Source of the DNA: Vulcanimicrobiota bacterium
GTDB lineage: Bacteria; Vulcanimicrobiota; Vulcanimicrobiia; Vulcanimicrobiales; Vulcanimicrobiaceae
Assembly: GCA_003164045.1 (NCBI GenBank)
Contig: PLRU01000034.1
Coordinates: forward strand, 177,406-241,405
DNA: 64,000 bases
Reading direction: 5' to 3'
The translations under genes were made by a program, and so were the position numbers. This document shows positions 50,987-59,627 of this stretch, piece by piece. Every line of letters starts with the position of its first letter. The stretch's first letter is position 1. The notes under the pieces were generated by a model. It was not told where the DNA came from, ran no database searches, and saw only the letters and a program-made list of their open reading frames with translations.

Positions 50987-51685
50987 ATGCCGAGTAGCAG
51001 AGCGGCCGTGCTCGCGGACCACATCGAGGCGGCGATTGCCGATGGGGCCATTCCGCCCGGTGCGCGGCTAGGGACCAAGGAAGAGCTGCGCCGCAGCCAC
51101 GACGTCGCCTACGGCACCCTCAATGAGGCCCTGCGGATCCTCCATCAGCGCGGCTACGTTACCTCGCGCACGGGTCCCGGCGGCGGCCTGTTTGCCACCG
51201 AGCCGACGGCGAACTTCCGCCTCTGTCAGCTGATTCTCGGCTTCCGCGAAGGCGGCACGCTCGCCGACTGCGCGGTCGTTCGTCACTCGCTCGAGGAACC
51301 GGTCGCGCTCGATGCTGCCCGGTCGCGCACCCGCGCGGACATCGCCGAGCTGGAAACAATCATGGTGCGCATGACCGCAGCGCGCGACGATGCGCGTGAG
51401 TATCTCTACGAGAATTGGCAGCTGCACCGGCGCATCGCGCAGATCGGCCGCAATCGCATTCTCGGCAACCTCTACAACACGCTGCTCGACGCGAGCGAAT
51501 CCGAACTGCACGACGTGGCACCGCATCCCAGTTTCGCCGCGACCGTCGGCGAAAACGTGGCCGCGCACCGGGCGATCGTCGATGCGATCGCGCAGGCATC
51601 GGACGAGCGCGTACGGGCCGCAATTCGTGCCCACGAAGCGTTCTTCGTCGTGACCAACGGCGATCGCCCCGTCATGCGGGCATAG
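50987..51685 (+). CDS. GntR-family (FadR/FCD-type) transcriptional regulator
   Basis: ..LGTKEELRRSHDVAYGTLNEALRILHQRGYVTSRTGPGGGLFA is a GntR wHTH. The C-terminal helical FCD-like domain contains ..NWQLHRRIAQ.. Confidence 0.85.
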   Translation: MPSSRAAVLADHIEAAIADGAIPPGARLGTKEELRRSHDVAYGTLNEALRILHQRGYVTSRTGPGGGLFATEPTANFRLCQLILGFREGGTLADCAVVRHSLEEPVALDAARSRTRADIAELETIMVRMTAARDDAREYLYENWQLHRRIAQIGRNRILGNLYNTLLDASESELHDVAPHPSFAATVGENVAAHRAIVDAIAQASDERVRAAIRAHEAFFVVTNGDRPVMRA

Positions 51686-51694
51686 CGGCGCCGC

Positions 51695-52318
51695 GTGGCC
51701 GAAGCTCCCGATTTCGCCCAGACGCGCGTGCTGCTCGACGCAAAGTTCGACCGGCTACGCGTGCGCGACCGGACGCTGCTGCAATCGATCGTCGCGTTCG
51801 ACGTGTTCGTCGGGCCGCAGTTGCTCGCCGTGTTTCTCGGCCTCTCGCCGGCCGCAATCAGCACGTCGCTCTCCAAGCTCAAACGCACTGGTCTGATCCG
51901 TGCCACGCCCGAGGGCGAAGTGGGCATCAGCTACCGCGTGCTCCGCGACATCTTGCCCCAGAGCTGGCGTCATCCGGGACCGCTCGAAGCGGTGCGCATG
52001 GCCGCCCTCTTGATCGATAACGGCGACTGGTATGCGATCGCGCGGCGAGCCGAGCTGTGCGTGCTCGCCGGCCACCTCGAGGAGGCCGTCGGTGAATTCG
52101 AGCGCGCCGGGATCGAAGCGCAGCACGGTGGCCACCTCAAAGATGCCGCGCGCATCTTTGCCGTTGCGGTGAAGACGGCCAAGGCGGCGATCAACGACGA
52201 GAACTACGTGCGCGACCAGAGTTCCGATGAGGACTGGCTCGAGCGGGCAGCCGCCCGCTGCCGGAGCCGCGCCAAGACCGTCCGGCTAAAGATTCAGCGC
52301 GCTTCAAGCGCCGTCTAA
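51695..52318 (+). CDS. hypothetical protein resembling the winged-helix/TPR-linker part of large STAND/LuxR-type regulators (no NTPase domain)
   Basis: ..KFDRLRVRDRTLLQSIVAFDVFVGPQLLAVFLGLSPAAISTSLSKLKRTGLIRATPEGEVGISYRVLRDIL. This matches the family pattern (L..L....R.LL..AsV.G..F....L..v.......v...L..L...glI) that normally follows an AAA/NB-ARC module. Confidence 0.4.
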   Translation: MAEAPDFAQTRVLLDAKFDRLRVRDRTLLQSIVAFDVFVGPQLLAVFLGLSPAAISTSLSKLKRTGLIRATPEGEVGISYRVLRDILPQSWRHPGPLEAVRMAALLIDNGDWYAIARRAELCVLAGHLEEAVGEFERAGIEAQHGGHLKDAARIFAVAVKTAKAAINDENYVRDQSSDEDWLERAAARCRSRAKTVRLKIQRASSAV

Positions 52319-52342
52319 GCTTGGTGCGGTGAGATAGCGAGT

Positions 52343-54139
52343 ATGAACTCTCCGGAAGCGGCTGAGCGGCTCGACCGCGCGATCGAGGCGGCACGGCAAG
52401 CGACCGCGGCCGATGACGCTTCGGCCGCGTCGTGGCACGATCTGGGCGCACTCTACCAGCGCCGCAACGCCTTGCCCGAGAGCCGAGCGGCCTTCGAACG
52501 ATCCCTGAGCATCGATCCCGAACATGCCTCGGCCCATAACAATCTCGGCAACACGCTCACCCTGATGGGCGATCGGGAACGCGCCGTGGAGAGCTACCGC
52601 CGCGCCGTCGAGCGCGACCCCAACCTCTTCCCTGCCCACGCCAACGCGGCCGCGGCACTCTTCCATCTCGGGCGCAATGACGAGGCGCTCGCACACGCGA
52701 GGCGCGCGGTCGAGATCGATCCAACGTCGACGGCGGCGCGCGTCACGGCGGCATTCGTAGAGGGCGCGGTATCCGGCTACGACACGGCGCTGCGGGAAAT
52801 CGACGCGCTCTTGGCCGCCGCGCCGGACGAACTGATCGCCCTAGCGGCGCGCGCGTACATTCTGCTGCGCCTCGAACGTTTTGGCGAAGCCCTCGCGACG
52901 GCGCGGCGCGGTCTCGCGATCCAGCCGAACTTCGGGCTGCTGCTCGAGTCGCTTGGCTGCGCGCTGCGCAGTCTCGGCCGGTTCGACGAAGCCCTAGCGA
53001 CGTTCGACCAAGCCTTCGAGCTCGGTCACGATCGCGCGAACATCCTCGTGCTCAAAGGCAGCGCCCTATTGGAAATGGGCGACCTCGACGCCGCGCGCAC
53101 GACGCTCGAACGAGCCCTCGAGTTTGCGCCCGACCAAGCGCAAGCATGGAGCGCTCTCTCCGAATTACGCACCTTCGCGCCGGGCGATCCGGCGATCGCG
53201 CAGATGGAAGCGTACCTCGAGACCTCGCCGAATTTGCGCGCCCCCGAAGCACGCACGACGATGCATTTCGCACTCGGGAAAGCCTACCGCAAATCCGGCG
53301 ACCGCGAGAACTCGTTCCGCCACATTGCAACGGGCAACGCGCTCAAACGCGGCACGTTCACCTACGACGTCGCCGGCGACGAGCGGTTCGCGCATGAGAC
53401 CGTCGCATTTTTCACGCCGGAAATGATGGCCGAACTTGGCGGTGCGGGCGATCGATCGCGCGCACCGATCTTCGTCGTCGGCATGCCGCGCTCGGGCACG
53501 TCGCTGGTCGAACAAGTGCTCGCCTCACATCCCGACGTCTACGGAGCCGGCGAGTTGCTGCTGTTCGAGCGCGCGATTGCCGAAGCCGGCGCCGACGACA
53601 TGACGGCGCTCGGCCGGCGCTACATCGAACTCGTCGATGCGATCGCGCCGGCGGATAAGCGTGTCGTCGACAAGTTGCCGAGCAACTTTCGCCACGTTGC
53701 GCTGATCCATCTCGCGCTGCCGCGCGCGCGCATCATCCATTGCACGCGCGACGCGATCGACACGTGCTTTTCATGTTACTCAACGCTCTTTACCGGCCGT
53801 CAGGACTTCGCGTTCGACCTCACCGAAGCCGGACGCTATTATCGAGCCTACCAGGAACTCGTCGAGCACTGGCCCACGATCCTACCGCCAGGCGTCATGC
53901 TCGACGTCGCCTACGAGGACATCGTCGCCGATCTAGAAGGCAATGCACGCCGTATGCTGGCATTCTGCGGCCTTCCCTGGGACGACGCGGTACTGCGTTA
54001 CTACGAAACCCAGCGCGTCATCCGCACCGCAAGTTTCCGCCAAGCCCGCCAACCCATCTACCGGACGAGCGTGCGCGCAGCCGACGCCTACCGCAAACAA
54101 CTCCAACCCCTCATCGACGCGCTAAACGCCGCGCACTAG
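52343..54139 (+). CDS. TPR-repeat protein with C-terminal sulfotransferase domain
   Basis: The N-terminal approx. 340 aa are TPR repeats (..WHDLGALYQRRNALPESRAAFERSLSIDPEHASAHNNLGN..). They are followed by the sulfotransferase 5'-PSB motif IFVVGMPRSGTSLVEQVL and ..RIIHCTRDAIDTC.. Confidence 0.8.
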   Translation: MNSPEAAERLDRAIEAARQATAADDASAASWHDLGALYQRRNALPESRAAFERSLSIDPEHASAHNNLGNTLTLMGDRERAVESYRRAVERDPNLFPAHANAAAALFHLGRNDEALAHARRAVEIDPTSTAARVTAAFVEGAVSGYDTALREIDALLAAAPDELIALAARAYILLRLERFGEALATARRGLAIQPNFGLLLESLGCALRSLGRFDEALATFDQAFELGHDRANILVLKGSALLEMGDLDAARTTLERALEFAPDQAQAWSALSELRTFAPGDPAIAQMEAYLETSPNLRAPEARTTMHFALGKAYRKSGDRENSFRHIATGNALKRGTFTYDVAGDERFAHETVAFFTPEMMAELGGAGDRSRAPIFVVGMPRSGTSLVEQVLASHPDVYGAGELLLFERAIAEAGADDMTALGRRYIELVDAIAPADKRVVDKLPSNFRHVALIHLALPRARIIHCTRDAIDTCFSCYSTLFTGRQDFAFDLTEAGRYYRAYQELVEHWPTILPPGVMLDVAYEDIVADLEGNARRMLAFCGLPWDDAVLRYYETQRVIRTASFRQARQPIYRTSVRAADAYRKQLQPLIDALNAAH

Positions 54140-54144
54140 CGCGG

Positions 54145-54552
54145 CTACGTTTTGGCGTCGGCGAAGCAGCTGAGGCCGGTGGCGGCGAGGGCGGCGTCGG
54201 TCATTTTTGTCAGGCCGGTTACGCCGATGCCACCGATGGTCGAGCCGTCTTTGCCGATGATCGGAATGCCGCCGGGGAGTGCGGTGAACAGCGGGTCGCC
54301 GTAGTAGCTGATCTGGAGTTGGCGGCGAATGATTTCTTCGCCGAAGTTTTCGGTCGTGCGGTCCATCACGCACGACGTATGCGCCTTGCGCAGCGAGACC
54401 TTCATCCAACGCGGGCGGCAGCCGTCCATGCGGTGCGCCGCGACCAGATCGGTGTTCTCATCGACGATGGCGATCGCGACGACATATCCCGCTTCGATCG
54501 TCGCGGCGACGATCTTCTTGATGGCCGCTTCGGCCTCGGCAACTTTGATCAT
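54145..54552 (-). CDS. GlcG/HbpS-like (DUF336) heme-binding-fold protein
   Basis: MIKVAEAEAAIKKIVAATIEAGYVVAIAIVDENTDLVAAHRMDG...LPGGIPIIGKDGSTIGGIGVTG. Confidence 0.8.
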   Translation of the reverse strand: MIKVAEAEAAIKKIVAATIEAGYVVAIAIVDENTDLVAAHRMDGCRPRWMKVSLRKAHTSCVMDRTTENFGEEIIRRQLQISYYGDPLFTALPGGIPIIGKDGSTIGGIGVTGLTKMTDAALAATGLSCFADAKT

Positions 54553-54559
54553 GTCTGCC

Positions 54560-55828
54560 TCAGAATTTCGCGAGCAGTTCGTCGCCGAGCGCTTCGCGCC
54601 ACGGGATATCGAGCGGCACCATCTTGTCGACGGCGCGCACCCGGCGGTAGGTTTCCGGATCGAGTCCGCGCGGCGTCTCACCGCGTTCGCTCGCGTCGAG
54701 CGCTTCGAGCAGCAGTTGGCGCATCGCGATGATCGCGCGGTCGCTCGTGCCGAGATGCTCCTTCGAGCGGTCGACGATCGGACCCATGCCCTCTTGCAGC
54801 GCCATGTCTTGCGTGTTGATCCCCTCGATGCCGGTGAACGTCTGCGTCTTCTGCAGCTGCCGGTCGATGAAGTAGTCGTTGCCGAGGTTTTTCTTGAGCC
54901 GGTAGCTGCCCGGGATGAGATCGGTCGGTCCGCGGCCGTACATCGTCTCGTGTTCGATCGCGTACTCCGGCGTCACCGGAATCGTTGGATCGTACGAATA
55001 CTGCCAGTTGTAGACGGCCGTCGTCGTGTCGTCGATCGCAACCCAGATGTGGCCGTTGATCGTCGGCACCTTTTCCATGCCGCCCTTGCGCCCTTGCACG
55101 CGGCCGCGCATCTGCTGCGCCGGCAGCACGTAGTGATAGGCACGCACGTATTGCTGGCCATCGATCTTGCGGATGCCGGCATACGTATAGCCGTACGCCG
55201 TCTTTTCGATCTCGAGCCGCGGCGCCGTATCGGCGTTGCGCAGATACGACTTGTTCTTGATGTCGAGGTTGTGCGCGAACGACGAGTGCGACGTGTCGAG
55301 GCCGCCCTCGAGCGCCTGCAGCCAGTTGCAATCCTCAATCGTTTTCGAGGTGTAGCGATGCGTGACGGGCGCGCGCAGCAATTCGTAGTCCGGCGGCGCG
55401 GGTTGCTGCTCGCGCGGACCGAGATAGGCCCAGAGCATTCCGCCGCCTTCCCACACGGGATACGCGGCGATCGTCACCTTCGTCTTGAAGAGCGAATCCG
55501 GCGGTTCGGAGGGCATGTCGACGCAGGTGCCGTTCTTGTCGAACTTCCAACCGTGATAGACGCAGCGCAGCCCGCACTCTTCGTTGCGGCCGAAAAACAT
55601 CGGCGCGCGGCGGTGCGGGCAGAACGCATCGACCAGACCCACGTCACCGTTGCTATCGCGAAATGCGACGAGGTCTTCGCCGAGCAAACGCACGCGCACC
55701 GGAGCGCCGTCGTTCTCCGGGAGTTCGCTCGTGAGCAGCGCGGGCTGCCAGTATCGCCGCAGCAACGTGCCCATCGGCGTTCCGGCGCCCACGCGCGTTA
55801 TCCGTTCGTTGTCTTGCGGTGTCAGCAT
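54560..55828 (-). CDS. phthalate-dioxygenase-type Rieske oxygenase (alpha-only), paralog 1
   Basis: CPHRRAPMFFGRNEECGLRCVYHGW (Rieske motif) and NWLQALEGGLDTSHSSFAH (iron site). The N-terminus MLTPQDNERITRVGAGTPMG.. is nearly identical to that of 59624..60895. Confidence 0.9.
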   Translation of the reverse strand: MLTPQDNERITRVGAGTPMGTLLRRYWQPALLTSELPENDGAPVRVRLLGEDLVAFRDSNGDVGLVDAFCPHRRAPMFFGRNEECGLRCVYHGWKFDKNGTCVDMPSEPPDSLFKTKVTIAAYPVWEGGGMLWAYLGPREQQPAPPDYELLRAPVTHRYTSKTIEDCNWLQALEGGLDTSHSSFAHNLDIKNKSYLRNADTAPRLEIEKTAYGYTYAGIRKIDGQQYVRAYHYVLPAQQMRGRVQGRKGGMEKVPTINGHIWVAIDDTTTAVYNWQYSYDPTIPVTPEYAIEHETMYGRGPTDLIPGSYRLKKNLGNDYFIDRQLQKTQTFTGIEGINTQDMALQEGMGPIVDRSKEHLGTSDRAIIAMRQLLLEALDASERGETPRGLDPETYRRVRAVDKMVPLDIPWREALGDELLAKF

Positions 55829-55841
55829 GACGAAGCTCCCA

Positions 55842-56831
55842 TTAGATCTTGAACGCTTCGAGCGTCTCGGGCGCGAAGAGTTCGGCCGGATCGAGTTTGC
55901 GCTTGGAGAGACCCTGTTCGAACGAGTAGCGCGTGAACGTATCGAGCACGTGCTTGTTTGCCTCGAACCCGTAGGGCCAGTAGTCGTCGCCCATCAATTT
56001 TCGCGCGTTCTCTTCTTCGGCCGAAGCCCACGGCAGCATCGCCTGCAGCGAGGCCGTCGTGCGTAAGTCGGCGTACGTGAGCCGCTGCGCTTCGACGAAG
56101 GCTTTATAGAGCGCCGTTGCGAGCCAGCGATTCTTCTCGTACACGTCGCGCCGGAGTACCAGCGTGTGCATGATCGGGAAGATCTTCGTCTTCGCGTAGT
56201 AGGCCTGTTCGACCGGAACGTAATCCTCGAACAGCCGTTTGACGTGCGGCACCTGGCCGTAGCACGACGGCTTGCGTGCCGTGTAGAGCGCGTCGATCTT
56301 ACCGTCGATCAGCATCTGCGAGAGCGTTTCCGTCGGACCGATCGGTTCGAGCTTGATGTTCGGCGGCAGGTCGAGCGCGATTTTTTCCGGCCGGCCGGGT
56401 TCTTCTTCACCGCCGGTGAGGTACTGCACCGAGTCGACCGGCACGCCGTACTCGTCGGCGAGAATGCCCCGGATCCAGGCCGGCGCGGTCATCTGATATT
56501 CGGGATTGCCGATGCGCTTGCCGATCAAGTCTTTCGGTTCGCGGATGCCGCTGTTCGTGTTGATGTAGATGCACGAGTGACGGAAAAAACGCGACGGCCA
56601 CACCGGGATCGCGATGAACGGATCGTCGATGAATTTCGAGCGGCAGTACGACGAAAACGACATTTCGCAGGCGTCGAACTCGCGGTAGCGCAGCATGCGG
56701 AAGAACGTCTCTTCCACTTCTAAGGCCTGATACACGAGGTCGACGCCGTCGACGTTCACGCGGCCATCACGCAGCGCGCGCGTGCGGTCGTAATCCCAAC
56801 ACGCGAGGGAAAGACTTAGCTTGGTAGCCAT
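55842..56831 (-). CDS. 4,5-dihydroxyphthalate decarboxylase-like enzyme (periplasmic-binding-protein fold, no signal peptide)
   Basis: MATKLSLSLACWDYDRTRALRDGRVNVDGVDLVYQALEVEETFFRMLRYREFDACEMSFSSY matches my recollection of the OphC/Pht5 N-terminus. Confidence 0.8.
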   Translation of the reverse strand: MATKLSLSLACWDYDRTRALRDGRVNVDGVDLVYQALEVEETFFRMLRYREFDACEMSFSSYCRSKFIDDPFIAIPVWPSRFFRHSCIYINTNSGIREPKDLIGKRIGNPEYQMTAPAWIRGILADEYGVPVDSVQYLTGGEEEPGRPEKIALDLPPNIKLEPIGPTETLSQMLIDGKIDALYTARKPSCYGQVPHVKRLFEDYVPVEQAYYAKTKIFPIMHTLVLRRDVYEKNRWLATALYKAFVEAQRLTYADLRTTASLQAMLPWASAEEENARKLMGDDYWPYGFEANKHVLDTFTRYSFEQGLSKRKLDPAELFAPETLEAFKI

Positions 56832-56832
56832 C

Positions 56833-57939
56833 TCAGTTCCAGGGGGTAACGGTTACGTGGATTGCGCCGTCGTCGATTTTTCCGCCGACCAGCTGCAGCG
56901 CGTGGTCGACCTTGTCGAGGCCGAAGTGATGCGTCGACATCACGCTGAGGTCGATCGTCTTACGGGCCATGAGATCGAGCGCGAGTTCCACCGACTTGTA
57001 GCTGTGTCCGCGCACGCCGCGAAACGTGGCTTGCTTCGTGATGATGATATCCATGTCGAAATCGTTCAACGGTTTTTTCTTGTACGCGGCCGTGAGCAGT
57101 TTGCCGCGCTTCTTGAGCGCCTTGAGCGCCCCGCCGATGACCTCGCTCGCGCCGCCCGACGAAACGTCGATTACGAGATCGACGCCCGCGCCTTTGGTGA
57201 TGCGCTCGACGGCATCCGTCAGCGGTTCCTGATCGACCATCACGATGTGATCGGCGCCGAGCCGCTTGGCCGCTTCGAGCCGATGCGCATCGCGCGTCAA
57301 ACCGGTGCAGATGATCGTCGATGCGCCGGCCGCCTTGGCCGCGATCACGCACGCGAGCCCTTGCTGGCCGGGTCCTTGCACGACCACGGTTTGACCCGGA
57401 CCCGCGCCGCCGTCGAGATACGCCCACTGGAAGCCGTTTCCGATCGGCAGGCACATCGAGGCGATGCGCGGCGAAACGCCTTCGGGCACGCGATGAAAAA
57501 CCGACCGCGGGTGGAGGTACTGAAACTGGCTATAGCCGCCCCAGAGCGCCGGTTCGACCGTCGTGCTGGTGCTGCCGTAGCGCAGCGAACCCGCGCGCTT
57601 ACTGTCGGTCTCCAAGCACGACCGGTATTCGCCCGAGCGGCAGTCGATGCAATGCCCGCACGGCAAGTACTCTTCGAGCGCGACCATGTCGCCGACGTTG
57701 AGCCCCCAGCGCTGTTTCGCGATGTCGCCGATCTTCTCGATCGTTCCGACGTTCTCGTGGCCGAGGATGCGCGGCACGATCTTATCGTCGGCGTACATCC
57801 CGATATCGCTGCCGCAGATACCGGCGGCTATGACGCGCAGCAGACCCGCATCGGCCGGAATCTCGGGGAGCGGAATGTCGCGCAGTTCGGTCGTGTTTAC
57901 CGCGGTTTGAACGGCAGCGCGCGAAATCGTATCGGGGAT
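56833..57939 (-). CDS. zinc-dependent alcohol dehydrogenase (MDR family); probable non-canonical AUC (or AUU) start
   Basis: ILGHENVGTIEK.., CGHCIDCRSGEYRSC (structural Zn), and GPGQQGLACVIAAKAAGA. The conserved N-terminus ..RAAVQTAVNTTELRDIPLPEIPADAGLLRVIAAGICGSD lies upstream of the first ATG (57798). AAGGAG is followed after 6 nt by ATC at 57939. Confidence 0.8.
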   Translation of the reverse strand: MPDTISRAAVQTAVNTTELRDIPLPEIPADAGLLRVIAAGICGSDIGMYADDKIVPRILGHENVGTIEKIGDIAKQRWGLNVGDMVALEEYLPCGHCIDCRSGEYRSCLETDSKRAGSLRYGSTSTTVEPALWGGYSQFQYLHPRSVFHRVPEGVSPRIASMCLPIGNGFQWAYLDGGAGPGQTVVVQGPGQQGLACVIAAKAAGASTIICTGLTRDAHRLEAAKRLGADHIVMVDQEPLTDAVERITKGAGVDLVIDVSSGGASEVIGGALKALKKRGKLLTAAYKKKPLNDFDMDIIITKQATFRGVRGHSYKSVELALDLMARKTIDLSVMSTHHFGLDKVDHALQLVGGKIDDGAIHVTVTPWN

Positions 57940-57960
57940 GGCGGTCTCCTTCGTAGGTGG

Positions 57961-59253
57961 CTAAACGGAAATCAGCGGTGTGCCGGCGCCCGGAATCATC
58001 GCTTCGCGCACCGCTTGGTCGAACGGTACGTCTTTATCTAACAGCACCGAAGCCGAGCGCACGTGCTGGTCTTCGGGATTGAGCGCCGGCGGCGTGGTGC
58101 CGTGATCGCGCAGAGCGATCGCGGCTTGCAGCAGCCGTTCCCGCGCGGCGATAATGCCGGCGTCGCTCGTGCCGAGCCGTTCGCGCGACCGGTCTTGGAT
58201 CGCGCCCATCGATTCTTGACACGCCGCATCTTGCTGCGCAATGCCGGCGACGCCGCTGAACGTGCGGCGCTCTTTCTGCGCCTTGCGGTCGATCATGTAG
58301 TCGTTGCTCTTGTTCGCAACCGGCTTGAACGTGCCCGGAATGTTTACCGAGTGAATCCCTTGCCCGTGCTCCATGCTCTCGCGCAGTTCGTCATCGATCG
58401 GCTTCGTGGGATGCCAATAAAAGCTATACGAGAACACGTTTTCATCGTCGATCGGCACGAACGAATGTCCGCCGGTCGGGTTGTCGCCGTACGGCGGCAC
58501 CATCTGATGGAACGGCATGATGAACGGCGTCATGCGCCAGTACCAGCGGTCGTCGCGGTCACCGTTGCGGCGCGCGCCGATCGCCGTGCCGAACGGCGTC
58601 GGGGCGGTGAAGAAGATCGGCCGCGTGTCGGCCTTGATGAACTTCGGTCCTTCCGCATCTTGATGCAAGCGGTCGTGGTCGAGTTCGTAGCGGTGCAGCA
58701 CGCCGACGTGGCTCGAATCGAGCGCGCCTTCAACCGCTTGCAGCCAGTTCGACTCTTGCTCGCGCTTCGTCCAGAAGATGTTTTCAGGGGGCACCCGCAG
58801 CCAATCGAAGTTCGGCGGCGGCGGCTGGAGTTCGGGCGGCCCCATGTACGTCCACACCAAACCGCCGGCCTCGATGCACGGATAGGCCGTGAGTTTGACC
58901 TTTGCTTTGAAGTTCGATTCGGCGGGCTCCGAGGGCATGTCGACGCACTGTCCGGTGAGGTCGAACTTCCAGCCGTGATAGGGACAACGGATCCCGCATT
59001 CTTCGTTGCGCCCGAAGAAGAGCGAGACGCCGCGATGTGCGCAAAACTGATCGATCAGCCCGATGCGGCCGTCGGTATCGCGAAATGCCAGCAGATCCTC
59101 GCCCAGGATGCGGACGCGTACCTGCGGTCCGTCGGGCTCGGGGAGCTCGGTTCCGAGTAATATCGGAACCCAGTAGCGGCGCATCAGCGCGCCCATCGCC
59201 GTGCCGGGCCCGACGCGGACGAGCAACTCTTGGGCTTCCCGCGAAAGTGCCAT
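57961..59253 (-). CDS. phthalate-dioxygenase-type Rieske oxygenase (alpha-only), paralog 3
   Basis: CAHRGVSLFFGRNEECGIRCPYHGW and NWLQAVEGALDSSHVGVLH. Start MALSREAQELL (ATG 59253). Confidence 0.9.
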   Translation of the reverse strand: MALSREAQELLVRVGPGTAMGALMRRYWVPILLGTELPEPDGPQVRVRILGEDLLAFRDTDGRIGLIDQFCAHRGVSLFFGRNEECGIRCPYHGWKFDLTGQCVDMPSEPAESNFKAKVKLTAYPCIEAGGLVWTYMGPPELQPPPPNFDWLRVPPENIFWTKREQESNWLQAVEGALDSSHVGVLHRYELDHDRLHQDAEGPKFIKADTRPIFFTAPTPFGTAIGARRNGDRDDRWYWRMTPFIMPFHQMVPPYGDNPTGGHSFVPIDDENVFSYSFYWHPTKPIDDELRESMEHGQGIHSVNIPGTFKPVANKSNDYMIDRKAQKERRTFSGVAGIAQQDAACQESMGAIQDRSRERLGTSDAGIIAARERLLQAAIALRDHGTTPPALNPEDQHVRSASVLLDKDVPFDQAVREAMIPGAGTPLISV

Positions 59254-59360
59254 TTCTTTTAGACTCTCGGACGGTGCGAGCCGGCTCTCCTGCCGGGCTC
59301 TATGCAAAATCGCAGCATTACCTCAAGTCCGCTACAGGTTCCAAGGCTACGCTAGGTCGC

Positions 59361-59627
59361 ATGACGATCCCACTTCTTCCCGACAGCGACGGCGACTGCA
59401 CCGCGAACCTGCGGTTGGCCCTGCGCAACATCAGCGACGAGGCGGTCGCGATCGACCTCGAGCGCGTGCCCTACCTCTCGTCCCAGGCCCTCACCGAGCT
59501 GGCTCGCTTCCGCCGCAAGCACAAAGACAACCGCATCACCTTGCAGCATCCCAACGCCCTGGTGCTGCGCACCCTGAACATCGTCGGTTTCAACAAGCTC
59601 TTCGCGATCGAGAACGCCGCGGCTTAG
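59361..59627 (+). CDS. small STAS-domain (anti-sigma-factor-antagonist-like) protein
   Basis: MTIPLLPDSDGDCTANLRLALRNISDEAVAIDLERVPYLSSQALTELARFRRKHKDNRITLQHPNALVLRTLNIVGFNKLFAI. The pattern (DL..V.yldSs.l..L) and the ending ..L...G....F.I resemble SpoIIAA/STAS. At 88 aa it is shorter than usual. Confidence 0.6.
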   Translation: MTIPLLPDSDGDCTANLRLALRNISDEAVAIDLERVPYLSSQALTELARFRRKHKDNRITLQHPNALVLRTLNIVGFNKLFAIENAAA

